Source: Macrostomum lignano (Eukaryota). Taken from it: a DNA stretch of 64,000 nt. Positions 24,984 to 36,201 of the stretch are shown here, piece after piece. The notes under the pieces are model-generated. The model saw only the letters and a program-made list of their open reading frames with translations. It made no database searches and had not been told where the DNA came from. Every line of letters starts with the position of its first letter. The first letter of the stretch is position 1. Position numbers and translations under genes: made by a program. The stretch spans positions 62,001-126,000 of the forward strand of contig NIVC01001564.1 in the NCBI GenBank assembly GCA_002269645.1, read 5' to 3'.

Positions 24984-27241
24984 CTCGTGTGTAAGCATGC
25001 GCGATGCATCGATCCGCATAGCAGCTGGATTAGTGACAGTAGCCAGTGTATTTTCTAGGGGATCACGTCGGCCTGGAGGTGGTCACATCGGTCTAGGTCG
25101 CACTCAGTGTAGGAGGTCACATCCATCTAGGAGGTCGCATCAGTCTTGGAGGAGGTCATCGGTCTGAGATAAGATGAAGACTTGATCCGTCCACGTTGGA
25201 CGGATCAGTCCGTCCACGTCCGTCCATGTTTATTAACCGCGGACGATAGAAAATGAATAATATAATAAGTTTAGGAAAATCAAGGACTAACCCAATGAAC
25301 CTAATGACAAGCTGAAACATTATGTTATGAATCTCTAACCAGACATATGAACTTAAAGATATGAATGTAAAACATGGTGATTAGCTCGTAGCAGTCCAAC
25401 TATACCAAGGAAGATTCCCCTTGAAAAATTTTCGCGCAACTCAGGGCTCAGGTGCACGAAATTCTATGTGAACACGGGCTAACTTTTTGTTGCGCACCTT
25501 CTCAAACAAGAATCCAGTCGCCAGCCCTCTGGACCGTCCAGATATTCAACAATTTTGCCAGAAGGTCGGATCTTTCGCATAAATAAGCGCCAGTGTATTC
25601 AGAACACCCCTGTGCGCCAAGCCTTGCCGAGCCTCCAAATTTCATCAGCACGTCGACCACATGCGTCCGCATAAGCTCTGACTTCGTTAGTCACTGGCCT
25701 TCACCCAGGTAGAGCTTCTGGACCTTCAACAGGTGTCACCAGGTGACAATGGACACCCTAAGCTGTTGAAATTGCGATTTTCTACAGTTTGGCCTATTAA
25801 GCCTCGATAATGGGTGAACTGAGAAAATCCAGCAACTGCTGGACATCTTCAGCTAGTCTCTCAAGCATTCAATCATCACTTCAACCACCGTCGGCACCTT
25901 CAACAGGTGGCAAAAGTTGACTATATGAATTGTTGAGTATTATCTCAACGATCCAGAGAGCTATCGAATTGATTTTTGTTTGAAGCAAAGCTACGCAACC
26001 ATAAAAGTTAACTTGTGTTCTTGAATTTCGTGTGCCTCCGAACACTAAGTTTCGGCGCAGCAAAAAAGATTGTCAAGGGAATTGGAATTCCCTCTCTTTG
26101 GTAGTTCGATGGGTGGAAAAATGGCTTGGGTATTCTTTACTGTTAATCAAGACTGCATAGAATAAATATATAGGGCCAGGGCTCAGCTACTGCATAAAAC
26201 AGACGACTCTAAGTAAGAAAAGTTAGGCACAAAAGATATAAGGCGTGAGTACGCAAAGGATTTTTAACTAATTACTAAGAGCTATAGCCTAAAGACTATA
26301 GGGAAGGGATTTATGGAAATAATTACCATGAAGAGAAATTCTCACTGTGTACCTGTAATTAGCGCTTCATGCATGCATAGCGGGAATTCGATCGTAACCC
26401 ACTGTAGCTGTCAGTCAGTTTGTATTGTTATTATAATTAAAAATACTTTGCGCAAGCAGCATTGCAAATGCACGTATATTTAAACTGTTTGACTGTCTGC
26501 ACACCTGTCAACATCTTAATCTAACACAAAATGCAATTGACCTCTTTGATAGCGGCGTGAACTTTAGTCGTCGAATTGTTTTGTTTTTCTTTAAAGGTGA
26601 TTTAATTTGACAATTTTATCGATTTTCTTATCGAAACAGAGCACCTCAATTGCACCTTTGCAGTTATTATAGCTCCACTTGCAATCATTGTAAACATTTT
26701 TTATCGCTTTTACACTCGAAAATTTAATGCGTTCGTCTGTTCGTTGTATTGTTAATTGCATTCCATATAACCGTAATTTAAACAAAATTGCACTTTCAAC
26801 TTTAAGCTGTGAATTGTTTTGATTACAACAGTAAAAACCCAGTGCAAGTTTTTTTGTTTTATTTTCAAAGAAAACGTTTTTATTGTTTCTTTAGCCCTAG
26901 TCAAGCAGTATTTTAAAAGATCGTCCGTCTATTTGGTAGTTTTGCCAGCTTTTATGTCAGTGTTTTTGTGCTCCGTTTGCTTCTTAATTAGCAGCTTTTT
27001 TGGCACGTAGGATTTGTCAGTAGTGCTTAAGTGAGTAGTATCATGCAGGACATTTTTGTAAGTTTTTTGCGATTTTATTTTACCAGTAACAAGTCTCATT
27101 TTTACATTCAATAAATAAGTGGGCCGGAACATTGTGATTTTCTATTACTAATAAAGCTTGACGCTTTTCTGTGCACTATATAATAAACTACGCAGAGCCC
27201 AATGGCGTTTTTATGGCTTTCATTTACATTTATTTCTTTCC

Positions 27242-27410
27242 GGGGCTGAAGATCCTACAGTGGTTGTAGCGTCGGACTCACGACTTGAAGGTCGGGGGTT
27301 CGATTCCCGATCCCACTGGAACAATTTGTGTCCTTGAGCAAGACACTTAACACTGCATTGCTTCAGTTCACCCAGCTGTAAAATGGTTGCCAGCATTAGC
27401 TGGGGTAATT
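27242..27410 (+). mobile_element. tRNA-derived SINE family A, copy 1
   Basis: tRNA-like head with B box GGTTCGATTCC followed by the TGTGTCCTTGAGCAAGACACTTAAC core; second copy at 62513-62640. Confidence 0.85.
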
Positions 27411-27574
27411 GAGGGTGTGTGTGGCGACCCCCTAGTATTACCAACAGAGCTATTAGAAAGGCAAAACATATCAAACGATGAACACTGGGTCTCCCCTCTA
27501 TCAAAAGCAATAAAAATTCTTCTGCTGAAAAAATTGAACCTTCCAATCTCCGTAATCTACTTTTTTGGTTAAAC

Positions 27575-27745
27575 CTTGAGCAGTCCTTTGAGTACTACCT
27601 GAGCAGTCCTTTGAGTACTACTTGAGCAGTCCTTTGAGTACTACTTGATCAGTCCTTTGAGTACTACTTGAGCAGTCCTTTGAGTACTACTTGAGTAGTC
27701 CTTTGAGTACTACTTGAGTAGTCCTTTGAGTACTACTTGAGTAGT
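27575..27745. repeat. 23-nt minisatellite (CTTGAGCAGTCCTTTGAGTACTA)n
   Basis: About 7 visible units. Confidence 0.95.
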
Positions 27746-28607
27746 CCTTACCTACGACTTAAAAGCTATTTAAAAAGAAATCAAATAAAGACTGAATATT
27801 GCCCAGATCCAGTGGTGTGCATAGCTGGCGAGGCTACCGCTTCGATTTCAGGCCAGAGAGTTTCTGTCACAAGGACTCCACCTCCTGCACGACACCCGGA
27901 GCCCTCTGCGGCTTAGATCAAAGTAATTCTAGTTCAATTTCATCACAAGCTACAGAATTCCTTTAAACTGTAAACTAAACGAAAGTTTCACCGATTTAAA
28001 TGACTACAACAGAAACAGGAGTTCTAAAAAGATTTCACAATCAGTATGAAGACACCAAAGACACTAATAATAAATGACAGTCAAATCTCTTTGCTCGATT
28101 GCCAGTTGATTTTTTTTATAACCAGATGATCAGAACCATAAATTAGAACTCAGCAAAATTAATCACCACAAAATAAATATTTGATTAATAATCTTATTAA
28201 TAATTATAACTGATGACTGGGGCGCATACAGGCTGAGTGAGTAGTCAAGGTTATTACAGCATTTGAATCCCTTTTTTAACATCTAGTTAACATCAAGATT
28301 CGCAAATTGAAAACAAAACAGTCAGAAGTTTAAAGACGTTTTTATTTCTAAATCGACTTAGGAAATTCTTTAACCTTACTCCTAGCCTAAAGAAGTATTT
28401 CTCTTCGTCCATTTGTAGTCGGACTGGCTCATTTTTTGGATAAAACTGCGTTTAGCTTTTACGCTACTATCAGTAGTTTTATCCCAGGAAAATATCAGAA
28501 TTCGGTTAGTTTTAAGGGTTTGCTAACATTATTTAGAGTAGTGTTGCTTCTAACATCCATTGACTAACAATTGACAGTCTCAACTATGTTAACAGAAAGT
28601 CTAGAAT

Positions 28608-28745
28608 CTAGCTCAGCACCCGGGCAGTGAGCAGCCACATAAACAAAGGCTGCAGGCCGGCAATGAACAACAGCATGTAGAGCCGGCGTTTGTGGCCTTC
28701 GCTAGATTGATCGGCAGCTTGGATTTGAAAGTTCAGAGTGCGGAT
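28608..28745 (-). CDS. YIF1: YIF1 exon 4 (IRTLNFQIQAADQSSEGHKRRLYMLLFIAGLQPLFMWLLT...*)
   Basis: CAG acceptor 28746; stop 28608-28610; matches the Yif1 C-terminal TM pattern. Confidence 0.92.
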   Translation of the reverse strand: MRTLNFQIQAADQSSEGHKRRLYMLLFIAGLQPLFMWLLTARVLS

Positions 28746-28836
28746 CTGCCAGTGGCGGTTGGGTTGAAATGAAATATGAAAGTACATGTCAATGTGATTA
28801 CACAATATTGCACAGTATTCAGAGTATTGCACTCAC

Positions 28837-28930
28837 AAGAAAGAAGGCCAGTGCGGCGCCAAACCACAGTAGAGCGATATAGAAGCCAAGCGAGCTGAAT
28901 AGCAGGCCGCTGAGAACTATGGCGATCATG
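28837..28930 (-). CDS. YIF1: YIF1 exon 3 (GMIAIVLSGLLFSSLGFYIALLWFGAALAFFL)
   Basis: Not in the ORF track. CAG acceptor 28931, GTGAGT donor 28836; phases fit both neighbours. Confidence 0.92.
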
Positions 28931-29211
28931 CTGCGCAATGTTTAAGGTGTTCAGGCTAAGTCGGGGCTTTTAGGGTTGCATGTGAATGCCCGTTTGTCTT
29001 AATCTAGATTTGGTGAGTACCTTCAGCTAGTGTCTACTGCCTATACTGTTCTCTATGATGTATTACATTTTCCGGTTGTGTCAGCTTGCCTGCCTGTCTG
29101 TTTGTCTGTCTGTCTTTCTGCCTGTATGTCCGTCCGTCCGTCTGTTTGTCTGTCTGTCTATCTGTCTGCCTGTCCCTCAGTCCCACCCGCAGGACCCCAA
29201 ACAGCACTCAC

Positions 29212-29842
29212 CCAACATATTTATACCCAGCGTAGGCAACCAGATCCAAATACCTCAGCCGGGAGTTCAAATTAAATATATAGAAGGTCAGCAGCAGTGC
29301 CAGGATTTCAACCAGCAGCCACACCAGAGCTGTGCTGGTCAGCACGCCCAGCTGCTCCGGGGTGAACTTGTTGCCAATGCCAAGAGCTACGCCGCAAAGC
29401 AATATATAGGTGACAAAGGCCATCACGGGGATGTACAGATCTGGCGCGTTGACATCGAACCGTGGCGCCACTGGTACAGACTGTTGCGGCTGCTGCTGCT
29501 GCTGAGGCACCTGCGCCGGCTCATCGCTGCTATATTTCAAACTCCAATTCTTATTAGCATAGGGAAACAATAGCAGCATTAGTTTCTTGCCAACGTAGGC
29601 ATTGTCAACGGCAAAATAGTATTTAATGCGGCTGTTAGTGACGTATTTGTTGAGATTCTCCTGCACGTACTGGGTGCCTTGGCCGAACACCTGCTGGCCG
29701 TATTGCATTGCCATGTCGTTCACCATTGGATTGTTGAGCAGTTGGCCAGGATTGAAGCTGGGCTGGTAGGATTGCTGCTGCTGCTGCTGCTGCTGTTGCT
29801 GATGGGGCTGACCGGGAGGCTGGTACTGCGGCTGGTACGGGC
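29212..29842 (-). CDS. YIF1: YIF1 exon 2
   Basis: KYYFAVDNAYVGKKLMLLLFPY...PVAPRFDVNAPDLYIPVMAF...DLVAYAGYKYVG; TAG acceptor 29843, GTGAGT donor 29211. Confidence 0.97.
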
Positions 29843-30264
29843 CTATAGATAGAGGTTTCACAGGTGTTTGAGATATGATGGAGAAGAACCACTATAGAAT
29901 CAGAAAGAGCATTAAATTAGCAAGATTACTCGTATAAGTAGATTAATATTTTCAAAATTAGATAAAATATGTGAGATTAGATGAGCGCCTAAGATAAGAT
30001 TTGGTATAATTTTTAAGCTCCATTAGAGGACACTAATAAAGTCATATTTTATAGTGGGAGGGTGATTTTGCAAGGTTGTAAAGTGAGATTGGGTGAGACT
30101 AGACGAGATGAGACTGGATGAGACTGTGGGAGATTTTATGAGACTGTGTGAGATAGGATGAGACTGTGTGAGATAGGATGAGACTGTGTGAGATTGGATT
30201 AGACTGTGTGAGATTAGATGAAACTGGGTGACATTAGATGAGACTGTAAGAGTTAGGATAAGAC

Positions 30265-30540
30265 CATACATGCGCAACCCCCCTGTTTTACACTGGCCAC
30301 GCGACTTACTTTTTGACCAAAAATGCGACTTACCTGTGAAAGAAACCCTAAAGCAAAATTAACGCTTATTTGGGTAAACGGCAGGAGTAACTATGACTGT
30401 CTTATCAGGCCTAAATGTCTCAGCATCTAATTAGTACTATGTCCGTATTCTTTGGGGTGGCATTTTTGCGACTTACCCCTGGTCCACCACAATTTACGGT
30501 GGCCAGATCGGCCAGGTCGGCCAGCAGTTGCACATGTATG
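30265..30540. mobile_element. 276-bp hAT-type MITE
   Basis: 14-bp TIRs CATACATGCGCAAC / GTTGCACATGTATG (1 mismatch); 8-bp TSD GATAAGAC at 30257-30264 and 30541-30548; subterminal GCGACTTAC x3. Confidence 0.85.
30372..30435 (+). other. Decayed 64-nt fragment of 28S rRNA helix 69-71 inside the MITE (not a functional rRNA gene)
   Basis: GGGTAAACGGCAGGAGTAACTATGACTGTCTTATCAGGCCTAAATGTCTCAGCATCTAATTAGT versus the conserved GGGTAAACGGCGGGAGTAACTATGACTCTCTTAAGGTAGCCAAATGCCTCGTCATCTAATTAGT: 52 of 64 identical without gaps. Confidence 0.88.
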
Positions 30541-31940
30541 GATAAGACTGTGAGATTGGATGATACTGAGTGAGATTGGATGAGACTGAGTGAGATTGGA
30601 TGAGAGACTGAGTGAGATTGGATGATACTGAGTGAGATAGGATGAGACTGTGTGAGATTGGATTAGACTGTGTGAGATTAGATGAAACTGATTGACATTA
30701 GATGAGACTGTAAGAGTTAGGATAAGACTGTGAGATTGGATGATACTGAGTGAGATTGGATGAGACTGAGTGAGATTGGATGAGAGACTGAGTGAGATTG
30801 GATGATACTGAGTGAGATAGGATGAGACTGTGTGAGATTGGATTAGACTGTGTGAGATTAGATGAAACTGATTGACATTAGATGAGACTGTAAGAGTTAG
30901 GATAAGACTGTGAGATTGGATGATACTGAGTGAGATTGGATGAGACTGAGTGAGATTGGATGAGACTGAGTGAGATTGGATGAGAGACTGAGTGAGATTG
31001 GATGATACTGAGTGAGATTGGATGAGACTGAGTGAGATTGGATGAGAGACTGTGTGAGATAGGATGAGACTGTGTGAGATAGGATGAGACTGTGTGAGAT
31101 TGGATTAGACTGTGTGAGATTAGATGAAACTGGGTGACATTAGATGAGACTGTAAGAGTTAGGATAAGACTGTGAGATTGGATGATACTGAGTGAGATGG
31201 ATGAGACTGAGTGAGATTGGATGAGAGACTGAGTGAGATTGGATGAGACTGTGAGGTTGAATGAGACTGAGTGAGGCTAGATGAGATGTTTGAGATTGTA
31301 TGAGACTGCGTGAGATTGTATGAGACTGTGTGAGATAGGATGAGGATACAACAGTGAGTTTAAAAAAAGCTAATAAATGAGCAGTACAAATAAATTTCAG
31401 TAATAATGAATTCTTCATAAATAAATACTCTAGGTCCCTTAACCAAATGAAGTTTATTGACAATCCTGCCACTAAAAAGCCAATGCTAACGTACACTGTT
31501 ACTGACACAAGATTTAGAAAAGCACATGAAAAATTACTTCACCTTATTGATCACAGATCAGGAATATAGGATAATAAGTAAGACCATAAGAGCAAGCATA
31601 TTAATTCTCTACAGGTGAAACTGGACTCACCATCCATGGAAAAGGCTTAAAACCAAAAGAAAATTAAGTAATTCGATAAGTTGTTATAACATTGATCAAT
31701 GCATTACAGCTAAAGCATGCAAGGCTGCACACAATATTTATGAGTTACATTTAGCTAAGCATTGCACTGCATGTATTGTTAAAAGTACTTTAATTGTACT
31801 TTCTAACATGCTGTTTCAACACGCCACTTTCTAGCACGCTTAGAATTCTATTAGCAAGAAAAGACACAAAGACAGACGGGTAGACGGACAGGAAGATAGG
31901 CGTACAGACGCAAAAAATAACCAGACGGACAGCCAGCCAC

Positions 31941-31941
<1 letters not shown>

Positions 31942-31999
<58 letters not shown>

Positions 32000-32002
32000 C
32001 TA

Positions 32003-32043
<41 letters not shown>
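31942..32043. repeat. (GACA)n microsatellite
   Basis: Visible; a shorter (GTCT)n lies at 29085-29170. Confidence 0.97.
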
Positions 32044-32118
32044 CAGAAGAGACTGAAGCGATCAAACGCCTATCTCTAACAAAGCCCAAATAAAAACCCG
32101 CAAGCTCGTCAAACTCAC

Positions 32119-32323
32119 TAGCACCGTAGGGATCGCTGGCAAATGCCTGGTGAGCACTGGGATCGTAGAACCCCTGCTGCGGCGGCGGTGGCGGCGGCGG
32201 CTGCATGCCAAAGCCGGCCTGCGGCATGTCGGAAGTGTCGTCGAAAAGCGCCGGCGGCGCCGCCCCCTGCTGCTGACGCGTCGGTTTTGAGGCGCCGCGA
32301 TGGCGCCGACTGCCGCTGCTCAT
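32119..32323 (-). CDS. YIF1: YIF1 exon 1 (MSSGSRRHRG...ALFDDTS...DPYGA)
   Basis: ATG 32323, GTGAGT donor 32118; LFDDTS motif; total CDS 1068 nt. Confidence 0.9.
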
Positions 32324-32774
32324 TTTTTGTTTTGTTTTTTAGCAACAAAAATTGATTTTGTTTATTTCAGTTTAGCAACGTTTAGTCTTGGCTGGGAAAT
32401 GGATCTGAAAATTAGTCAAAGAAGCATATACATAAATATAGCAATAAATGCTGTACTAACCGCGGCTAACTCTGCTTAACCTATAAAAATGGATAAAGAG
32501 CGAAATATGAAGTTAAAAAATTAAATATAAGTGTACACAAGGCCTGTTTATGTTTTATATAAAAATTGATTCTTTATTAATAGGCTAAAAATTCTATAAA
32601 TAGACAATATGTTTTACCAAAAACACGCCTTCAATAAAATCCAATAAAAGATTTGGTTTTGACACACAATAACGAGGCGAACGCAGTTCAACAATTCAAT
32701 AGTTGGACACAGCAAACTGATAACTGATCACAGATCAGAGGATTGGGAAAGTTTGGAAGCATTTAATCCAAGCA

Positions 32775-33140
32775 GGATTTACTAGGGATCTGAACTGGAT
32801 TAACATGGGATCTGAACTGGATTAACACGGGATCTGAACTGGATTAACATGGGATTCGAACTGGATTAACACGGGATCTGAACTGGATTACGTGGGATTC
32901 GAACTGGATTAACACGGGATCTGAACTGGATTAACATGGGATCTGAACTGGATTAACTTGTACTTTGGATCTGAAATAGGGATTATGGGATCTGACTAAT
33001 CTGGGGATTATGGGATCTGACTAATCTGGGGAATATATGGGATCAGACTAATCTGGGGATTATGGGATCTGACTAATCTGGGGAATATATGGGATTTGAC
33101 AAATCTGGGGAATATAGGATCTGACTAATCTGGGGAAGAT
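32775..33140. repeat. Two adjacent GGATCTGA-core minisatellites between OMA1 and YIF1
   Basis: Visible GGATCTGAACTGGATTAACA(T/C)G and GGGATCTGACTAATCTGGGG arrays. Confidence 0.9.
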
Positions 33141-33244
33141 GGGATCTTAAGCAATAAACATAATCAGAATAACAAGATCACTGAGATCACAAGTATTAGG
33201 GATTCTCAAGATATGTGGCAAGCCTGCTTCCATTTTTCAGTACA

Positions 33245-33649
33245 CTATGCCCGCTCATTCTTAGAAGCGTCAGTCTCGTTGCCATGCGAGCCGCTGAATC
33301 TGTTGCGTAGGCCTTGCATGCCCCTGCGCAACAGATCGTAGACCGAGTCCGCAGGACTTTGATCTCGTTGGCCAAGCGGCACGCAGCCGCAGGAGGCTCG
33401 GGTCGCAATGGCTCGGTCCTGCAAGCCGCGCAGCACGCTGGCTCGATCGGCACTCAGCGGATGAGTGGAGAGAAACTCTGGCACCCGAGATTCCTTCACC
33501 TCCTCCATGTAGTCCATGAGCTCCCAGAACCTGGCCGCCTCCCTGGGATCGTAGCAGCTGGCTGAGGCGATTTCTAAACCAACGGCATCGGCTTCCAGCT
33601 CCAGGCGCCGGCTGAACGGCATGTCAAAGAAGATGCTGATCAGATGGTC
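33245..33649 (-). CDS. OMA1: OMA1 exon 3
   Basis: PFSRRLELEADAVG (M48 third zinc ligand) and EFLSTHP; CAG acceptor 33650. Confidence 0.93.
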   Translation of the reverse strand, partial: DHLISIFFDMPFSRRLELEADAVGLEIASASCYDPREAARFWELMDYMEEVKESRVPEFLSTHPLSADRASVLRGLQDRAIATRASCGCVPLGQRDQSPADSVYDLLRRGMQGLRNRFSGSHGNETDASKNERA

Positions 33650-33821
33650 CTGTTGCAGGGGCGAGCGAACTTCGGCAGTGATGTTCAAAATCTCAAACTG
33701 GACTGGACTGTGTCTCAATCAAAATCTCATTTAAGATTCTGCAATCTCAAAATCTCAATATATAAGTTTGTGATTACTTGTAAAACAATCTAAAACATTT
33801 TGATACTGAGATACAATAAGA

Positions 33822-34635
33822 TACTGACAGGTAATAATCTCACCCATGAGATCGCAATGGGTAATAATCTCACCTTTAAGATTGACACAGGTAATAATCT
33901 CACCCATAAGATTGTGACAGGTAATAATGTCTTACCCATAAGATTGTGACAGGTAATAATCTCACTCATAAGATTGTGACAGGAAATAATCTCACCCATA
34001 AGATTGTGACAGGAAATAATCTCACTCATAAGATTGTGACAGGAAATAATCTCACCCATAAGATTGTGACAGGAAATAATCTCACCCATAAGATTGTGAC
34101 AGGAAATAATCTCACCCATGAGATCGCAATGGGTAATAATCTCACCCATAAGATTGTGACAGGTAATAATCTCACCCATAAGATTGTGACAGGAAATAAT
34201 CTCAGCCAGATGATTGTGACAGGAAATAATCTCAGCCAGATGATGGTGACAGGAAATAATCTCAATGAGATCGCAATGGGTAATAATCTCACCTTTAAGA
34301 TTGGGACAGGTATTGATAATAATCTCACCCATAAGATTGGGACAGGTATTGATAATAATCTCACCCATAAGATTGTGACAGGAAATAATCTCACCCATAA
34401 GATCGCAATGAGTAATAATCTCATTTTTAAGATTGAGACAGGTAATAATCTCACCTAAGAGATTGTGAAAGGTAATAATCTCACCCATAAGATTGTGACA
34501 GGAAATAATCTCAGCCAGATGATTGTGCGAGGTAATAATTAATGTCTCACCCATAAGATTGTGACAGGTAATAATCCCACCCATAAGATTGTGACAGGAA
34601 ATAATCTCACTCATAAGATTGTGACAGATAATAAT
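33822..34635. repeat. 30-nt minisatellite (GTGACAGGTAATAATCTCACCCATAAGATT)n in OMA1 intron 2
   Basis: Visible array. Confidence 0.95.
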
Positions 34636-34661
34636 CTTACAATTCTGAGACATAACAGTAC

Positions 34662-35100
34662 CTGAATAGCGTAGCCAAAAGCAGCCACAATATCCGGCAC
34701 AAACAGCCAGGTGAGAGCGGTGAGCGGCAGCAGCACCAAGGTGTAGACTGCATTGCCAATTGTGACACTTTCTCGCGAATGACCAATAAAAACGTGAGCC
34801 AGTTCGTGCGCCAGAATAAAAGCCAATTGATGGTCATTTTCCACGAATTTCAGCATGCCAGAGTACACTAAAATGTCGCCAGTACTGAAGCACATTGCGT
34901 TAACCGTCTCATCGTCTTCAATGACGCACACTCGCCAACGACAGTAAAAATCTGGAAACATTTTCTCGGCGGCTGGCAGCAGCGACTCAATAATTTCGGC
35001 CACTCGGCGCGTGTACGGATGCTCGGAGGTGTACACCGCGCCTTCTTTTAACACGTCTTCCAAGAGGGCGTTTAACCCTAGCCGAGAGTATTCGTTTAGC
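34662..35100 (-). CDS. OMA1: OMA1 exon 2 (peptidase M48, HELAH)
   Basis: VNAMCFSTGDILVYSGML...LAFILAHELAH; CAG acceptor 35101, donor GT 34661. Confidence 0.95.
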
Positions 35101-35144
35101 CTGTCAAAATAATTTGTGCGCATCATGTGAAACATTGGCCTTCT

Positions 35145-35207
35145 GAGCTCGATTTCAAGTGCAATTTGGGGCTAAATAATTGGAATCTCGGCTTGGCTCT
35201 GCTTGTG
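35145..35207 (+). mobile_element. Internal fragment of SINE family B
   Basis: ATTTGGGGCT...TTGGAATCTCGGCTTGGCTCTGCT matches the copies at 39504 and 60260. Confidence 0.7.
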
Positions 35208-35221
35208 GCTCTGTGGGGCTA

Positions 35222-36085
35222 CAAAAATGAGTGCCTGCGGCGCTTAAATGAGTGCCAGCGGCGCTTAAATGAGTGCCAGCGGCGCTTAAATGAGTGCCAG
35301 CGGCGCTTAAATGAGTGCCAGCGGCGCTTAAATGAGTGCCAGCGGCGCTAAAATGAGTGCCTGCGGCGCTAAAATGAGTGCCTGCGGCGCCAAAATGAGT
35401 GCCTGTGGCGCTAAAATGAGTGCCTGCGGCGCTAAGATGAGTGCCTGCGGTGCTAAAATAAGTGTCTGCGAAGCTAAAATAAGTGTCTGCGAAGCTAAAA
35501 TGAGTGCCTGCGGCGCTAAAATGAGTGCCTGCGGCGCTTAAATGAGTGCCAGCGGCGCTTAAATGAGTGCCAGCGGCGCTTAAATGAGTGCCAGCGGCGC
35601 TTAAATGAGTGCCAGCGGCGCTAAAATGAGTGCCTGCGGCGCTAAAATGAGTGCCTGCGGCGCCAAAATGAGTGCCTGTGGCGCTAAAATGAGTGCCTGC
35701 GGCGCTAAAATAAGTGTCTGCGAAGCTAAAATGAGTGCCTGCGACGCTAAAATGAGTGCCTGCGGCGCTAAAATGAGTGCCTGCGGCGCTAAAATGAGTG
35801 CCTGCGGCGCTAAAATGAGTGCCTGCGGCGCTAAAATGAGTGCCAGCGGCGCTTAAATGAGTGCCTGCGGCGCTAAAATGAGTGCCTGCGGCGATAAAAT
35901 GAGTGTCTGCGAAGCTAAAATAAGTGTCTGCGAAGCTAAAATGAGTGCCTGCGGCGCTAAAATGAGTGCCTGCGGCGCTTAAATGAGTGCCAGCGGCGCT
36001 TAAATGAGTGCCAGCGGCGCTAAAATGAGTGCCTGTGGCGCTTCAATGAGTGCCCGTGGCACTAAAATAAGCGCTGACAACACCC
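35222..36085. repeat. 21-nt minisatellite (AAATGAGTGCCTGCGGCGCTA)n in OMA1 intron 1
   Basis: Visible array; explains the MSACGAK ORFs. Confidence 0.97.
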
Positions 36086-36201
36086 TTTCTCAAAATAATG
36101 TAGTTGTAGGAATTTAGTCATGTACAATACATGCACATGTATAATTCTTTGCTTTGTCTCTCCCCCACCATGGTTCTAAGTACAAAAAGTTCAGCTGATA
36201 C

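Larger units (their letters stand above)
30083..31345. repeat. TGAGATTGGATGAGACTG-type satellite in YIF1 intron 1 with a 180-bp higher-order repeat
   Basis: 30541-30720 is identical to 30721-30900. Confidence 0.95.

Noticed and set aside
27242-27320. Functional tRNA genes (also 39790-39862, 47251-47313, 52062-52125, 60550-60622, 62570-62640)
   Set aside because: Acceptor stems do not close and the heads continue into shared repeat bodies: SINE or TE derivatives.
27575-27745. CRISPR-like array (also 59335-59595 with palindromic units)
   Set aside because: Units are contiguous with no unique spacers, there are no cas genes and the context is eukaryotic.
30372-30435. Functional rRNA gene
   Set aside because: Only 64 nt, H69 pairing is broken, and it is embedded in a MITE within an intron.
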